Source of the DNA: Tubulanus polymorphus
Lineage: Eukaryota; Animalia; Nemertea
Length of the DNA: 64,000 nt
Direction of reading: 5' to 3'
NCBI RefSeq assembly: GCF_964204645.1
Contig: NC_134034.1
Location: 3,365,814-3,429,813, forward strand
Shown here: piece after piece, positions 51,550-64,000 of the stretch
Numbering within the stretch: the stretch's first letter is position 1
Layout of the letters: each line of letters opens with the position of its first letter
Program-made: the position numbers and the translations under genes
Notes under the pieces: generated by a model
Databases searched by the model: none
What the model was told of the DNA's origin: nothing
The model's input: only the letters and a program-made list of their open reading frames with translations

Positions 51550-52682
51550 CATTATAAAAATCAATGCCTCATAGATGTATCCAACTTGACATAAATAGCC
51601 ATGTTACATGGAGCCCCATATCCGCCTCTGAACTGGTCTTTCAAGTAAGAGCTAAAAAAATAAATTATTCACTTATGCTTTCGATGTATTAAATAAGGCA
51701 GCCAAGAAAATTCTACCCAATCAGTCACTTGCCAATTCAGACTGGTTGGAATATTGTTTGGATGAACCGGAACTGAATTTCCCAATTATGTGCTTCGATT
51801 CAAAGAAAAAAATTCAGTAAACTCGACCGCCGATCACACAACTATATCTCTACTTCGATTTCCGATTTCAAAATCAAACTTCCTGTTTCGCTCCCGGCAG
51901 GTGTGGTGGGTTTGCAAGGAACACTCAATCAAAAAGTCAAACGAAATTTACCAACCAAATAAATAACAGGGTCAATCCCTATTTTAGGATAAAAAAAGAT
52001 CACTTAAGCTAAACGCGGAAGGCGCACAAAAGAAACTACGCGCTGTGTTCTTTCATTATCGCCAACAAAGAGGACCGATATTTCGCAAATTGGATTCGGG
52101 AGGTTTAAACCTGGCAAGGTCAAATTACTAAAATTGTGACCTACGTGGCGTTTATCTAAAAAGCCGATCGTAATCAATTTTAGCTGAACCTCTTACCCTA
52201 ATGCCCAATGGTTTGAAAGTTTTACGTACGATGGCAAAACATTCAAAACCGAAAAGGAAAATAGTAATACTGAACGAAATCTTCCCTGCGATCCCCTAAA
52301 GAGTCCTATATATACACCGATTACCCTCATAAGATCTTCATAATTTCATGATCGTGCTTCGTCGTGGAAATCTTTCTGGAACATACACAGAATACCATTT
52401 CAGAACCGTCTCAACAATTCGTTACCAATAAATGAAACGTTTTTTGAAACGCTCCATGATTATACGTAATTATTCTGACTCATATCGAAAATCGAATTGC
52501 ATTTTTAAACTTCGTTTAAATACCGTTAATCATTAATTCCGTTTCGTAGAGTATTGCATTTCTTTTTAACGAGCGCTGTGTAATCCGTCTCATCCCTATA
52601 TTCACCGGGAAACGCCCAACTCTAATTGGATTGGAATCTCCTCACTGTGGTTACAGTAAGACTGATCGAGGAGAACGTCACC

Positions 52683-55600
52683 ATGACGCGCTGTCTCTTA
52701 ACGTTATTACTCATTCTACTAGTGGAACTGTCGACGGTTCAGACGACTGATTGGATCTCTACCGATCAACCGTCTGTAACTGTCAGTTCACGGTGTAACA
52801 ATACGTGGTTTTCGCTCGATTCTACGTCCGGTTACATCCTTTCACCGAATTATCCGTCGTTTACGCGCGGTGTTGAATGTCATTGGTTCATCAACAGCTC
52901 TTTACCGGGTACCTTCCATATCCAAGTTTACTACGACATCGAGCCGTCTATATTCTGTAGAGATAACTATCTTCACATCAGCGATTCTGATAACTTACTG
53001 TGCGGAGGTGGAAAACAATTAGATATTTACCGCAGTAATTCATTATCGTTGATGTTTAAGAGTGATGTAGATGATGTTGTGAAAGGAAGTCGAGTTTATG
53101 TATATTATCGTTTGGAAGAAGAACTCGATCATCTGAAAACTGTTCACGACTGTAGGTCAAACAAAATAAAACGATTACAAACTTTTAAAACTGGTTATAG
53201 ATTTGCCGTCGATATGGATAGCTATTGTCGCCTCCTCAAGCTCGAGTGGTCCGTGATACCAGAGGGTTTTGGCATGAATTTGACTTTTGAGAAAATAGAT
53301 TTTAGATTATTACAACCAGGTTTACGTACGACCGTTCAAATTTATGACGGATGGAACACAAGTGAACCTATATTTGATATACGGGAACAAACCGGACATC
53401 CACCCAGCTCTATTTACACAAAAACTAACAAAGCCTTCATTACTTTTTCAACAAAACAACCCGGTTTATCTCTCGAAACTAATTTATCAGTAAGATTGTA
53501 CAGAATATCAGATTGGAATATTTCTAATCCATCGATTCCGATCTATAAAAACGAATCCGGAGTGCTCATTCCTGGTATAAAGCCGCATGTTATAACTCAG
53601 TCTAAACGCTTATACTGCTGGTCTATCACAGCTGAAATACTGCAGTACGTCGTCTTCAACTGGACACGTGATCTCGTCACTTCCGGTGACGTCATCGGTG
53701 TCTATAAACTGGAAGGTTTAACGCTTGTCGGAACTGATATTTTACTCGGTAAAAACTACCTGGAATCTTTAAGCGTAAAATCTGACGGATTTCTCGTGAT
53801 ATTGTGTTTACTGTTATCAGAGAATTCGGTCGGGAATTCGACATCGATCGACTACAGAATAGAATTATTGAGGGAAACAGACATCGAAGTGGAAAATAAA
53901 AAAGTGAGTTAAAAGCATGAAAATGCTTTGGAATGCGCATGTCGTAAATGCATCCTATCTATTTGAGTCTATGTCAATTAATATGTATTAAATCCGTACA
54001 CTACATACTTGGATTTAATACTGATGATTTGATTTTATTTGAATCTATTGTAGGTAAGAATTACCCATAGAGTGACATTTTTCCATCTGTTCCCCAGATA
54101 TTCGAAACGGAAATTGACGTATCGCATCAGTAGATTTGCACTCAGCTCGAAAGTCGACATCTATGAGGATAAATTAGAATTCACAGTTTTATCAGAGAAT
54201 TGTGAGAGAGCCGGATTTTATATATATGACGGTGGTAATTTTACAGCTAGACGCTACGGTCCGTATTGTCCCGCTGGTCGGGGAAACTATGGTCGATCTA
54301 TCGTCAGTCTGATTACATCGGGAGGACCGGTCACTGTAGTAGCATACGTTAACAACAGAGATGATATATTAATGACTATCGAGTCGCCGGATGCCCTCAT
54401 GTTTGTCCCGACGGAGTGCGACGGGTATGTTCTACGGGAAGGAGAACGTCATATCACTATGACGTCACATTGTCTCGTGATCACACCAGCAAATCGACGC
54501 CTACCGATAGAAAAAATAAACGTATTTTCAGGTCATGAATATCAAATCGACAAATGTCATCGTAAATCTATGAATCCCTGTTCAAAGATAAGTCTCGATA
54601 GTCACGTGCTGAATACCAGTCTCGTGTTAAACCACTTGGAATCATTACGAACTAAATATGAATTCTGGAGGTCAGCACTAATGATTGTATTACGACGTAA
54701 ATGTCAGAAATTAAAGAAAGGTCAACCGAATTCAGGTTTTAGAGGTGGGGGCACAGATAATGGATATTGTGGACTTGTCCAATCATTGAACTTCCCAGGA
54801 TTACCAACCTCTTCACCCGCCAGATTCTTTGAATTTACTAATCCTACTGACAAAAGTATCAATCATTACATCAGATTCCTGGTGAAATTCATTGGACAAA
54901 CATCGTGCACTAAATCTCTTACTTACCGCGTTAGGGAATCAATATTACTAACACAAATTATCAAAATATTTGACGATCCAAACGATCCATTTTCAAAGTT
55001 TACGGAAACCCGTCATATAACAAGAATATGTGAAAATAACGCAGTTCCGGGACTTATATTGTACAGTTTACTCGGGTATGACTTGTATTTTGAGCTGTCA
55101 ACTCATTATAGTCCGATATTTCAAATTCAATACACTTTAGAACAATCGCCTTTACTGGAACATCGAATTAATGGCTGCCGATCAGATTTTTTAGATTCTG
55201 GGGTTTCGTGTATCAGATACATCAAACATGAACCTATGAATTGGGAGACCGCTGAAAATTACTGTCGACAGAAATATGGAGGACATCTTCTCAGTATCAA
55301 CTCTCAACATGAAATGAAGGCCGTTAAAAAGCTGTTCGCTACAAAACTGCTTCATGAGGCATATTCACAAACGGGGCTTATTGTGATGATTGGATTAAAA
55401 TGGCAGGTAAAATACGATCCATTTATCAAATCGTCATCTCATAGAAACTTCAAAACAATGATTAAATAATCCTCTAATAATCTTAAAGGAATATTCACTA
55501 TTGAATGTATAAATAGTGTTTGTTTGTCTTTTTTAAAGGAGTCCAGTGGTTATTACTCGTGGTCTGATGGTAAACCGTTAAGTTACACAGAGTGGTTTAA

Positions 55601-58600
55601 ACCTGTTGTTAATGAAACAATACCAGATGTTATTTTAGGATTGATATCTCCGTTAAAAACACAACCGATAAATGACGTCAATATGCCGTGCACGGCGATG
55701 ATACTGAATAATCCACGAGGATCGGCGAACTGGGTTCGATTCCCGTGTCAAATCATACAAACGCATACGACATTCATTTGTGAAACAGAAAGAAACGACT
55801 CTTACGCATCTTCGCAAAACGATACAACTGAAATAAAACGGAACAACTTCGAACTATTTAACTCGTGTCTAAAAGGATGGATTCATATAGAAGCGCATTG
55901 CTATCAGATACTTACAGCCTGGCAAACGCTCCACGCTAAAGGTCTAACAATCCCGACAGCAAAGGAAATGTGTGTTAGAATCGGTGGCGACATAGGTAAA
56001 ATAACAACTAATTTTGAAATTCAGTATTTGATAAATGTTTTCAACTATCAGCATCAATATGGCGCTATACTGACAAATCTTACAATCGGAAAAATTATGG
56101 CATTGAAACCAAAAGTATTTAGAGATTGGATAACAAATATTACAACAGTGAAATGGTCAATGAATGTCTTCGATAATGTCACAGATGTAGCGCATTCCGT
56201 GCTATGTTCCTATAATGTAGCTGGTGAAGTGTTATCTCCTGTGAGCGGATGTAAATCGTGGCAGTTTCAATGTAACGATCAAAGATGTATCAGCGACCAT
56301 CGCGTATGTGATACCAGAAACGACTGTCAACACGGTGAAGATGAACTCGATTGTTCGAGTATAAACTCACGCAGTCAATTCCAGTGTTCAGACGAACTGA
56401 GAGTTATTTCAGTCAGTAGTTTCTGTGATTTTGTACGAGATTGCGCTGACGGATCAGATGAGAACTCGTGCTATCATACTTCATGTTCCTCTGAACAATT
56501 TACGTGTGACAATGGACAATGTGTGAGTAAATATAAACGATGTGATGGTCTGGTTGATTGCAAAGATAAATCCGATGAGATCGGCTGCTCTTCGGACAAA
56601 TGCAACGGGTTTTTGTGTGTAAATGGTGAATGTATCAGTTCTCTGTTGTATCGGGATGGTGTTGTAGATTGTGGCGGGGACCTCGAAGAAGATGAAATAT
56701 TAACGAGCAACATAACAATTAAACCAAAAGTTCACTGCACTACAGAGAACTACTGCACGACCAATTTCACTTCACTCTGTACAGAATCAGATGAACAAAG
56801 ATGTTCATTCAATTCTCCTCATTGTTATGCGAGAAAAGAAAGATGTATTTTAGAAAGAATGCCGACAGGTTTTCCTGTTTGTAGAAGACTCGAACATTTA
56901 CTGCATTGTAATGAGTTTGAATGTCCAGCTGTTACAGTGAAATGTCCATCGTCTTACTGTATACCGATTAGACACGTGTGCGATGGTCGATCAGATTGTC
57001 CTCATTCAGAAGATGAAATGAATTGTGAAACGTTTTCGTGTCCAGGAATGTTTAAATGCGGTGATGAACACAGATGTATTCCTCAGTTGGAAGTTTGCGA
57101 TGGCGTCGTCAATTGCAAACATAACTCGGATGACGAGGCTTACTGTGACGTCATTTGTCCAAACTATTGTAAATGTCAAGGTCGTTTCATCAATTGCGAA
57201 AATGCCTTTTTATCAGATATTACCGGCATTTTTGCCGAGTCGACTCGAGTTTTGATTTTATCAAATAACCAACTTCGATTCAATGAATCAACATTTTCCC
57301 CTTATCTATACCTTTTCATACTCATTATTTCACGTAATGAGTTATCTGACATTGTCTCCAACGCGTTTTCTAATCTACGCAATCTAAATACACTAGATCT
57401 GTCGCATAATCGTCTAGTATCACTACATGTTGATACATTCACCGGTTTAAACAATTTAAAGCAACTTTTACTCGCTGGAAATCCGCTGAGATATTTGAAC
57501 GACGGAAGCTTCAATGGTTTGACGTCACTACCGGTGATCGATCTGCACGGCCTCTCTATATCGGTTCTTACTCGTAACGTATTTCGAGGCCTACCAGCGC
57601 TGAAATACTTGAACATCAGCGATAACGCAATCAATTCAATATCCAGATACGCGTTTTCTGGGTTGAGTTCACTGGGAGTTCTTGATTTTACCAACAATTC
57701 TCGGATGATCTCTGTGGAAAATAATATCTTCGATAATCTGACGTCTTTGTATTTTCTCGCTTCGGACGCGTATAAATTCTGTTGTATGGCGCCGAATATT
57801 GACCGGTGTCTCCCGGATCCTGATCAATTCTCATCGTGTTCAGACCTCATTGAGAACACTGTTCTCAGAGCTGTTGTCTGGATCATCGCTTGTTTTACTT
57901 GCGTTTCCAATATTACAGTTATTCTATTTCGTTTTAGGTCGATTCTAGTTTCACCGGAAACGCAAAATAAATCGTCGGATATCCTCATCATTAATATCGC
58001 GCTTTGTGATTTCCTGATGTCCGTTTATCTGTTTCTGATCGCTGGAACTGATTACGTTTATAACGGTGTCTATTTTCTGAATTCTGAAACTTGGACTCGT
58101 AGTTCACTATGCAGCGTAGCCGGAATTGTTGTGACGATATCTTGCGAAGGCTCTTTAACATTTCTCCTTCTCCTCACGCGTTTCAGATATTCAAATATCC
58201 TCAATCCGCTTTCAGGTAACCCGCTTTTATCCTCAAAAATCGTTTTGATACTCTCCTGTTTATGCTGGATATTTTTGAGTTTGATCGCCTTTCTGCCGCT
58301 GTCTCGGTCGTCTTATTTCGGTGACAGTTTCTACGGTAGCACGGGTATCTGTTTACCTATGAATTTGATATCTATAGATGTCAATGGTTGGCAATATTCG
58401 TTCGCTATATTCGCTGTATTAAATGCGATCATTCTCACTCTGATAATGATGTCGTACGTGCAGATGTACAAGTATGTATCCGGAAGCAGGTCCGGTTCGG
58501 GACGAGCTGATCCTACAGAACTCGTTCTAGCTCGACGCAGTTTGGTAATCAATTTGTGTAATTTATTTTGCTGGTTACCGTTAATAATCGTTCAATTCTG

Positions 58601-58766
58601 CGCCGTATTCTCGGTCGAGATACCGAACCAGGTCGCCGCTTGGCTTGCCGTTCTTTTCTTGCCGATTAACTCAACACTGAACCCACTTCTTTACACTATT
58701 CTAACTATTGATATGAAATCCATACGAGCTCGAAATAAACGCAGAAAACAACAACCAATCAAATGA
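52683..58766 (+). CDS. GRL101/LGR type-C2-like GPCR, ~1933 aa: signal peptide, CUB and CUB-like domains, C-type lectin domains, ~7 LDLa, LRRs, 7TM (exons 52683-53903, 54054-55406, 55539-58766)
   Basis: CUB SGYILSPNYP..CHWFI; CTLD WETAENYC..GGHLLSI..IGL / WSDG..YTEW; LDLa CD...DC.DGSDE; hinge YKFCC..DQFSSCSDL; TM motifs LCDFLM, CWLP, LPINSTLNPLLY. Two short phase-0 GT-AG introns. Confidence 0.93.
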
Positions 58767-58894
58767 TGACGAAAACATAATGATAATAATTCATTTTCGA
58801 TAAATGCGCAGCTTTAAGGATAATTGTTGCATTTGAACAGATAACAATAAGACATTTTACATACATCTTACGATATTTTCAATACATTTACTAT

Positions 58895-58962
58895 AACCAT
58901 TACCAATACAGTTACCAATACCATTACCACCATTACCATTGCCATTACCAATATCAATACCA
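58895..58962. repeat. (TACCAT/TACCAA)n hexamer microsatellite
   Basis: Direct inspection. Confidence 0.8.
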
Positions 58963-59619
58963 GTGGCATTAAAGAAACTGGCGTTATAACGTTATTTGTG
59001 TTTGACTGTATTTTCAACAAATACATCCTCCTCGCGTATTTCATGAATGTCGTGTTTGAAGGTTAAAGTGAGTATGTAATCACCAGTATGTGACGTCACT
59101 TACTGGTGTAGCTCGGTACCTTCAGTTACGTCATCGATATAAGCATTTAAGAATGACAATATAAATTGTGAATTCTGGTGTTTATTTTATGATTAAATAT
59201 ATATTCATAACTCCCCTCATATTTTTGATAATTTCTATTGAGAGGATGTGCACTACGTCATCGATGGGGCTTTAATGGTTGCCGGCCAATTGAATTACAT
59301 TGTCAATATATTCAAATTCCTAAAAGCTTTATTTATCCTTAATAATAGATAATTTATATTAGATCATTTATTTTCGACAACTTTTCTAAATTGAAATTCA
59401 TTTAGACACAAAGGAATAAAGAAGAACATATAAGTAATAAGCGATATTAATTAAGTAATGTATGCGTCAATAAACTCTCAAGTTATTTTCTTAGCACAAT
59501 ATAGTTTTTCCGGATTAACTGCGTAAGATTTTTTGTTCCCTTCTTCATATTGTAGCATCAATGAACAACATTACTGGACCCTCTCTTTTAGGCTTGGGGT
59601 AGGCGGCCGCCTTGTTATG

Positions 59620-60490
59620 GTTTCCTTAGTTTCACTATCCGCACCAGTTCTTTCCGAAAAAGCCTTCAGATTCGTGATGTATATGAACAAATTCACGGTA
59701 CTATATGTGGTCATTAAAACGCCCCCGATAAGGTAAACAATTGCTGGATTTGATTCGGCAAACGCCTCAGTCCGGCGCTGTCAACGAAGTTCAATACGGT
59801 ATTCGGAGCGTTGAATGCGAAGAAGGCGACGATTATCCAATTAAGATTGAGTACGCATTTGCGTTCCTGTTCGGAGGTGTTCGTGTTTTTGAACTGGACA
59901 TCCCGTCTGTCGAACTGAGTAGCGACCAAAACCGTCGAGAATATCAAACCAATCCAAGGAATTATGGTCATCGTCGTCGACGAATAGATAACGATTAATT
60001 GCGCTACGATTTCTGAAACTTTGTCCGATTGACAGTTTTTTTAAGCCATGTCCGATCGTTTTGACGCGGAATATGACGCCTTGGGCGCCTTCCACAACGG
60101 CCTAATAAAGTAATATCGTAACGACAAGATTCCGGCGTCGAGTACGGGTCAACAGTCTCCCGATGTGCAGAGGGACTAGTACCGCTGTACTGCGTTCCAA
60201 GGCAAAACACAACAGAATCCACGTAGAGGTTTTGATTACGAAATTGTTGAGCACAATTCCCAGTTTGCAGGTGAATTCATTTACGGTGTCGAATACGTAA
60301 ACGCCGTGCGCGGTGCCGGTCACGATGTGAATTCGTTCGAGAGACTTTAACGAAAAAGTTACGACGTAAATCGAATCGGAAAAGGCCAGCGGTACCAGAT
60401 ACCGGAAGGTGAACGCATCTTACGAGTGACATTGACGGAACATGACGATTATAGACGACAAGAGCCACAAGGGGCACTATGGCCGGCCTG
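59620..60490 (-). pseudogene. Disrupted rhodopsin-family GPCR
   Basis: YLVPLAFSD (TM2), CKL..WILLCFALERS.AV..P (TM3), IIPW (TM5), FFAFNAP (TM6) and VNLFIY (TM7) lie in different frames, with in-frame stops (e.g. TAG at 60102-60104) and frameshifts. Confidence 0.85.
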
Positions 60491-61636
60491 TCAGCTTTTC
60501 ATTAAATGACAAATGATGCATTCTTTGGGTTAAATTTTTCCCAAATACACTCCCGGCTCATACTAGTCAATCCCAGGCTAATAATTTACATAATTCAATC
60601 GTGTTTTCATAAGTAGCACAGACAGCGACTGAAGCTGGCAGGAACAAATACCCCAGATAAATCTGTTCCCTTGGTCTTATTGATTTGAATTCGGTATAGA
60701 ATTGCATTTTCTGAAATTTGCTCAACAAAACAGTATTGGATTGGATTTGCTGTTTAACCTTTTTCAATAAAGTAATATTGAATTGCATTTGATTTTTTAT
60801 GCAGAATAATATTTTATTGAATTTGCAGTTTGAGCACATGGCTAATTAGCATATCAAGGTCATCCATCCGATTTGAGAAAGAGCTATTTTTCCCGGACTT
60901 TGCACAATTGTCAATGATATTTTCTGTATTGCAAATAAAAATATTCCTCCCAAAAACCAAATCAACTAAAGCTTTCACAGAATTCGATCTTGAAATATAA
61001 TTTTAGATCTTAAAATGAAACCCGGAAGTAAAACGGTAGACGATACCGCGGGTTCACGTGACACCTGCTGATCTCTGCGGCTAAGCCAATCATCTCGAAA
61101 TCGACGCTATGTTGCATCATCGAAAAAAAAAGATTGTTGAGTATGTTGCATTCAGTTAATAAAGATCCCTCTCCATCTCCCTTACCTGGGCCGTCTCTGA
61201 ACCAAAATTTTAGACTCAAGTTATTCGACCCTACAATCGATATAGGAATTAAACACATCAGCATTTATCTAAAAGATTGTTTGGTAATAAGGAAAGACTA
61301 TTCTTTAAGGACGTTAACAACTGCCCCTGAGAACTCCCGACTACTGTCCTGTGTATGGTGGTTGCTGGATAACGAACTGATGCTGTTTTACGTGCATTTT
61401 CTCTGTTTAGAACCGATAGATATTTTCCAACCTATTCAGACGTTTCGCTTTAGAATATTTCACCATTTACAATGCATTGTGAATATTGATATTTGATTTT
61501 GTTACATTTATATATAACACAAGAATTAGTTTTCACCAAATCTTAATAAATATATTGTGTTAGGTTTCTGAGGATTGATTTTTCATTTGTCGCGAACAAT
61601 AACTTGTGAGCTTCAATATATATATATAAGAGATGC

Positions 61637-62653
61637 ATGTATATTTTGAATCAGACTATGGATACAGTCGGTCCATCCCTTCAACAGTTAATCATGCTCA
61701 TGAATTCAACTCAGACTCCTCAGATTGGTCGAACTTATTGTAGTTACATCGTGCTAATGTCAGTGGTAAATAGATCTGGAATCTACTGTTCAATGTCGCT
61801 GTTCGTTCTGCCTTCCGTATTCCTTTTAGGAGTCTTCGGAAATTCGGCGACATTCCTGATAATGACAAGTCGCAGATTCCGCGGTTTATCTTACGCTAAC
61901 TATCTGATCGTTTTGTCGCTAAGTGATTTCGTGTATTGCACCAGTTTTACGCTGATGCCTGTTTTACAGTTCGTTCTCCTGCACTTCAAAACAAGTCCGA
62001 TATTCATCATGAACTCGCTGGCCAGTTGTAAAATCTACGAGTTTCTGATGACGCTTGCGTGCAGCAATAGTTCATGGTTAATAGTGGCGGTATCTCTAGA
62101 ACGAGCGGCAGTTGTGCTCTTCCCGCTGACATCTCGTTTGATATGTACACCCAGATTCGCTAGATTTACTACTTTGATAATTACTGCAGGGAATGCACTG
62201 GTTCTATATTTCACGCCTGTTTTGTCGATACATTTCACCGACGAATTTTTCGGATGTTATCACGAATTACTCGATGAAATAAAGCTTTTCGTCATAATCG
62301 TCGTCTACGTTTACCTTTCGCCGTTGATTTTGATTCTGACATTGAATTGCGTTATAATCGTTCAGTTGTTCAAAGGTTCGAAACTGGTTTCGTCCGATCA
62401 GAAAACAACGAAATCTAAACGAACAACGATAATGTTGGTAACAGTTTCACTCGAATTTGCGATATTTACACTTCCTTCGACTATAACTGCGTTGTTACCG
62501 ATCTCATCGGAACAAAAACATTCGTTGTACGACATTTTCGCGCAGTTTCAAATGTGTAACTTCGTCGTGAATTTCTACATGTATCTTTTGCTGGGACGAG
62601 AAATTCGTGAATATTTCTTCTTGAAAATCCGCGGAAGAAATTCAGTCAAATAA
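61637..62653 (+). CDS. Intronless rhodopsin-family orphan GPCR, third paralogue of the 35104/37167 pair
   Basis: Shares MTSRRFR.LSYANYLIVLS, SLER.AVVLFP.TSRLICTPRFAR and YLLLGREIREYF. The true start may be a downstream ATG. Confidence 0.93.
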   Translation: MYILNQTMDTVGPSLQQLIMLMNSTQTPQIGRTYCSYIVLMSVVNRSGIYCSMSLFVLPSVFLLGVFGNSATFLIMTSRRFRGLSYANYLIVLSLSDFVYCTSFTLMPVLQFVLLHFKTSPIFIMNSLASCKIYEFLMTLACSNSSWLIVAVSLERAAVVLFPLTSRLICTPRFARFTTLIITAGNALVLYFTPVLSIHFTDEFFGCYHELLDEIKLFVIIVVYVYLSPLILILTLNCVIIVQLFKGSKLVSSDQKTTKSKRTTIMLVTVSLEFAIFTLPSTITALLPISSEQKHSLYDIFAQFQMCNFVVNFYMYLLLGREIREYFFLKIRGRNSVK

Positions 62654-62739
62654 TCATCGATTTCAATTGTAATTCATTTCGAACAAATTTACCCGACATA
62701 TTAAACAAAAGAAAATTAAGATCTAAAATCTATCATTCA

Positions 62740-62858
62740 TTAATAATAATAATAATGATACTGATGGTGATGGTGATGGTGGTGGCGGTGGCGGTGGCGG
62801 TGGCGGTGGCGGTGGCGATGGCGATGGCGATGACGATGACGATGACGATGACGATAAT
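62740..62858. repeat. Compound microsatellite (AAT to GATGGT to GGCGGT to GGCGAT to GACGAT)
   Basis: Direct inspection; abuts the LINE 3' end. Confidence 0.9.
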
Positions 62859-63200
62859 AGAATTTATATAGCGCGATAATTCCATGCGAAAAAGCAAAGT
62901 TCAAATGCGCTCCTTCAGGGTAACATCAAGGTATGCATGGAATAGTTGAGTTTTGATCATGGATTTGAATTCATTCAGCGTCAAGTTGAGAACAGTGAGT
63001 GTAGAGATCATGGTGTTCAAGGTTCGCGGTGCTTGTCTCGAAATAGATCTACTACCGAAATTAGCGAGGTCGAAGGAGGGTTCAACAAGTCTGAATCTTT
63101 CGGAGGATCGAAGAGAACGTGTTGGTTTGTAGTACTGAAATAGCTCGCTGATATACATTGGTGCACGATCTGTGAGGGCCTTAAAAGTCAACAGATTCAC
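62859..63200 (-). mobile_element. 5'-truncated L2/CR1-clade LINE 3' fragment
   Basis: ORF2 C-terminus-like LLTFKAL...APMYISEL...Y.PTRSLRS...G.RS....AP...N...FKS.IKT.LF, then GCGCTATATAAAT and a repeat tail. Confidence 0.85.
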
Positions 63201-63359
63201 TGATTGATGTTTAGACTATTCGATCAAATTACCAATAATTCACTGGACATTTCTCTTTTGGGTGGTCAATTAGGGATGGATCGAGCTTAGATTTAGATAT
63301 CATTCATAATGCTCGTTATAGTAAATCGTATAGAAACAAATTCGAATCGACCCAGTGCC

Positions 63360-63478
63360 CCTGGCCCAGTCTCATAAAAAGATTTATCTAACTCTTCGAT
63401 CGATTTAATTCCTTCATTGATTCAGTTTGATCTTGAATCGATTTAGGCCTTAATCTATTATTGTGATACTGGGCCCAG
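63360..63478. mobile_element. Short palindromic MITE
   Basis: CTGGCCCAGTCTCATAA.. / ..TTGTGATACTGGGCCCAG. Confidence 0.55.
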
Positions 63479-64000
63479 AATAACTGATATCATTCAGATG
63501 CGAAATAGTACGATTAATTTCGGAAATCTGTGGTTGGTACCGTATTTCTTTCTGCGGCGAGGCTGCGCACTTTTGTACCCTGGGTTCATTCAGAATGGGC
63601 AAAATATCCTACAAGGAAAAAATCGACGGTAACAACCGATAACAAGTAAAATCTAATATACCCGTTTAAAGATCATGATTACATCTTTATTGACGATTTA
63701 TTTTGGCTGATCATCTCACATTAGTCTAGAATCGACACGTCAAACTGTCTATATCGTACAACCATGTCTGCCGGTACATTCAGCAGATGCGCGCTAATCT
63801 AATTCACTATCGATATATGGAAACTCAAAATAACTTTATTGGAATTAACTTGGAATTATACAATTCATTTTATGATATTAATCGTCGACGATATTAAGCA
63901 ATTATTTTTCAAGATGTCGATACACCTTTAAGTTAGTTTTCTTGTTCACACTGCGCTCGGAAAAATTGTAACATTTCTGCAGCAATTAATCTAAACCTGA

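Overview
Eukaryotic, intron-containing animal genomic DNA. It looks like a bilaterian invertebrate (lophotrochozoan-like gene families); the species cannot be determined from the sequence alone. Genes in order: 3' four coding exons of mitochondrial citrate synthase (+); a 715-aa coiled-coil/beta-propeller-like protein (-); secreted PAN/Apple-LamG paralogue A (+); a tiny two-exon prepropeptide gene missed by the ORF track, predicted to release the disulfide-ring octapeptide YCDPWTCS (+); a two-exon Toll-like receptor with a non-canonical TIR (-); PAN-LamG paralogue B (+); a membrane-anchored HxxxDG condensation/alcohol-acetyltransferase-fold enzyme (-); two tandem intronless rhodopsin-type GPCRs (+); nine-exon METTL18/HPM1 containing a U12-type intron (+); an FMRFamide-receptor-like GPCR (+); a variant U1 snRNA gene (+); a ~1933-aa CUB/C-type lectin/LDLa/LRR/7TM GRL101-type receptor (+); a GPCR pseudogene (-); a third paralogue of the tandem GPCRs (+). 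Non-coding DNA holds many MITEs, tRNA-derived SINEs, a Helentron/HINE-like element with an internal 153-bp satellite, LINE ends and minisatellites; several repeats carry CTCF-like motifs. Gene models were built by eye from splice signals and reading-frame phase; no database searches were run.
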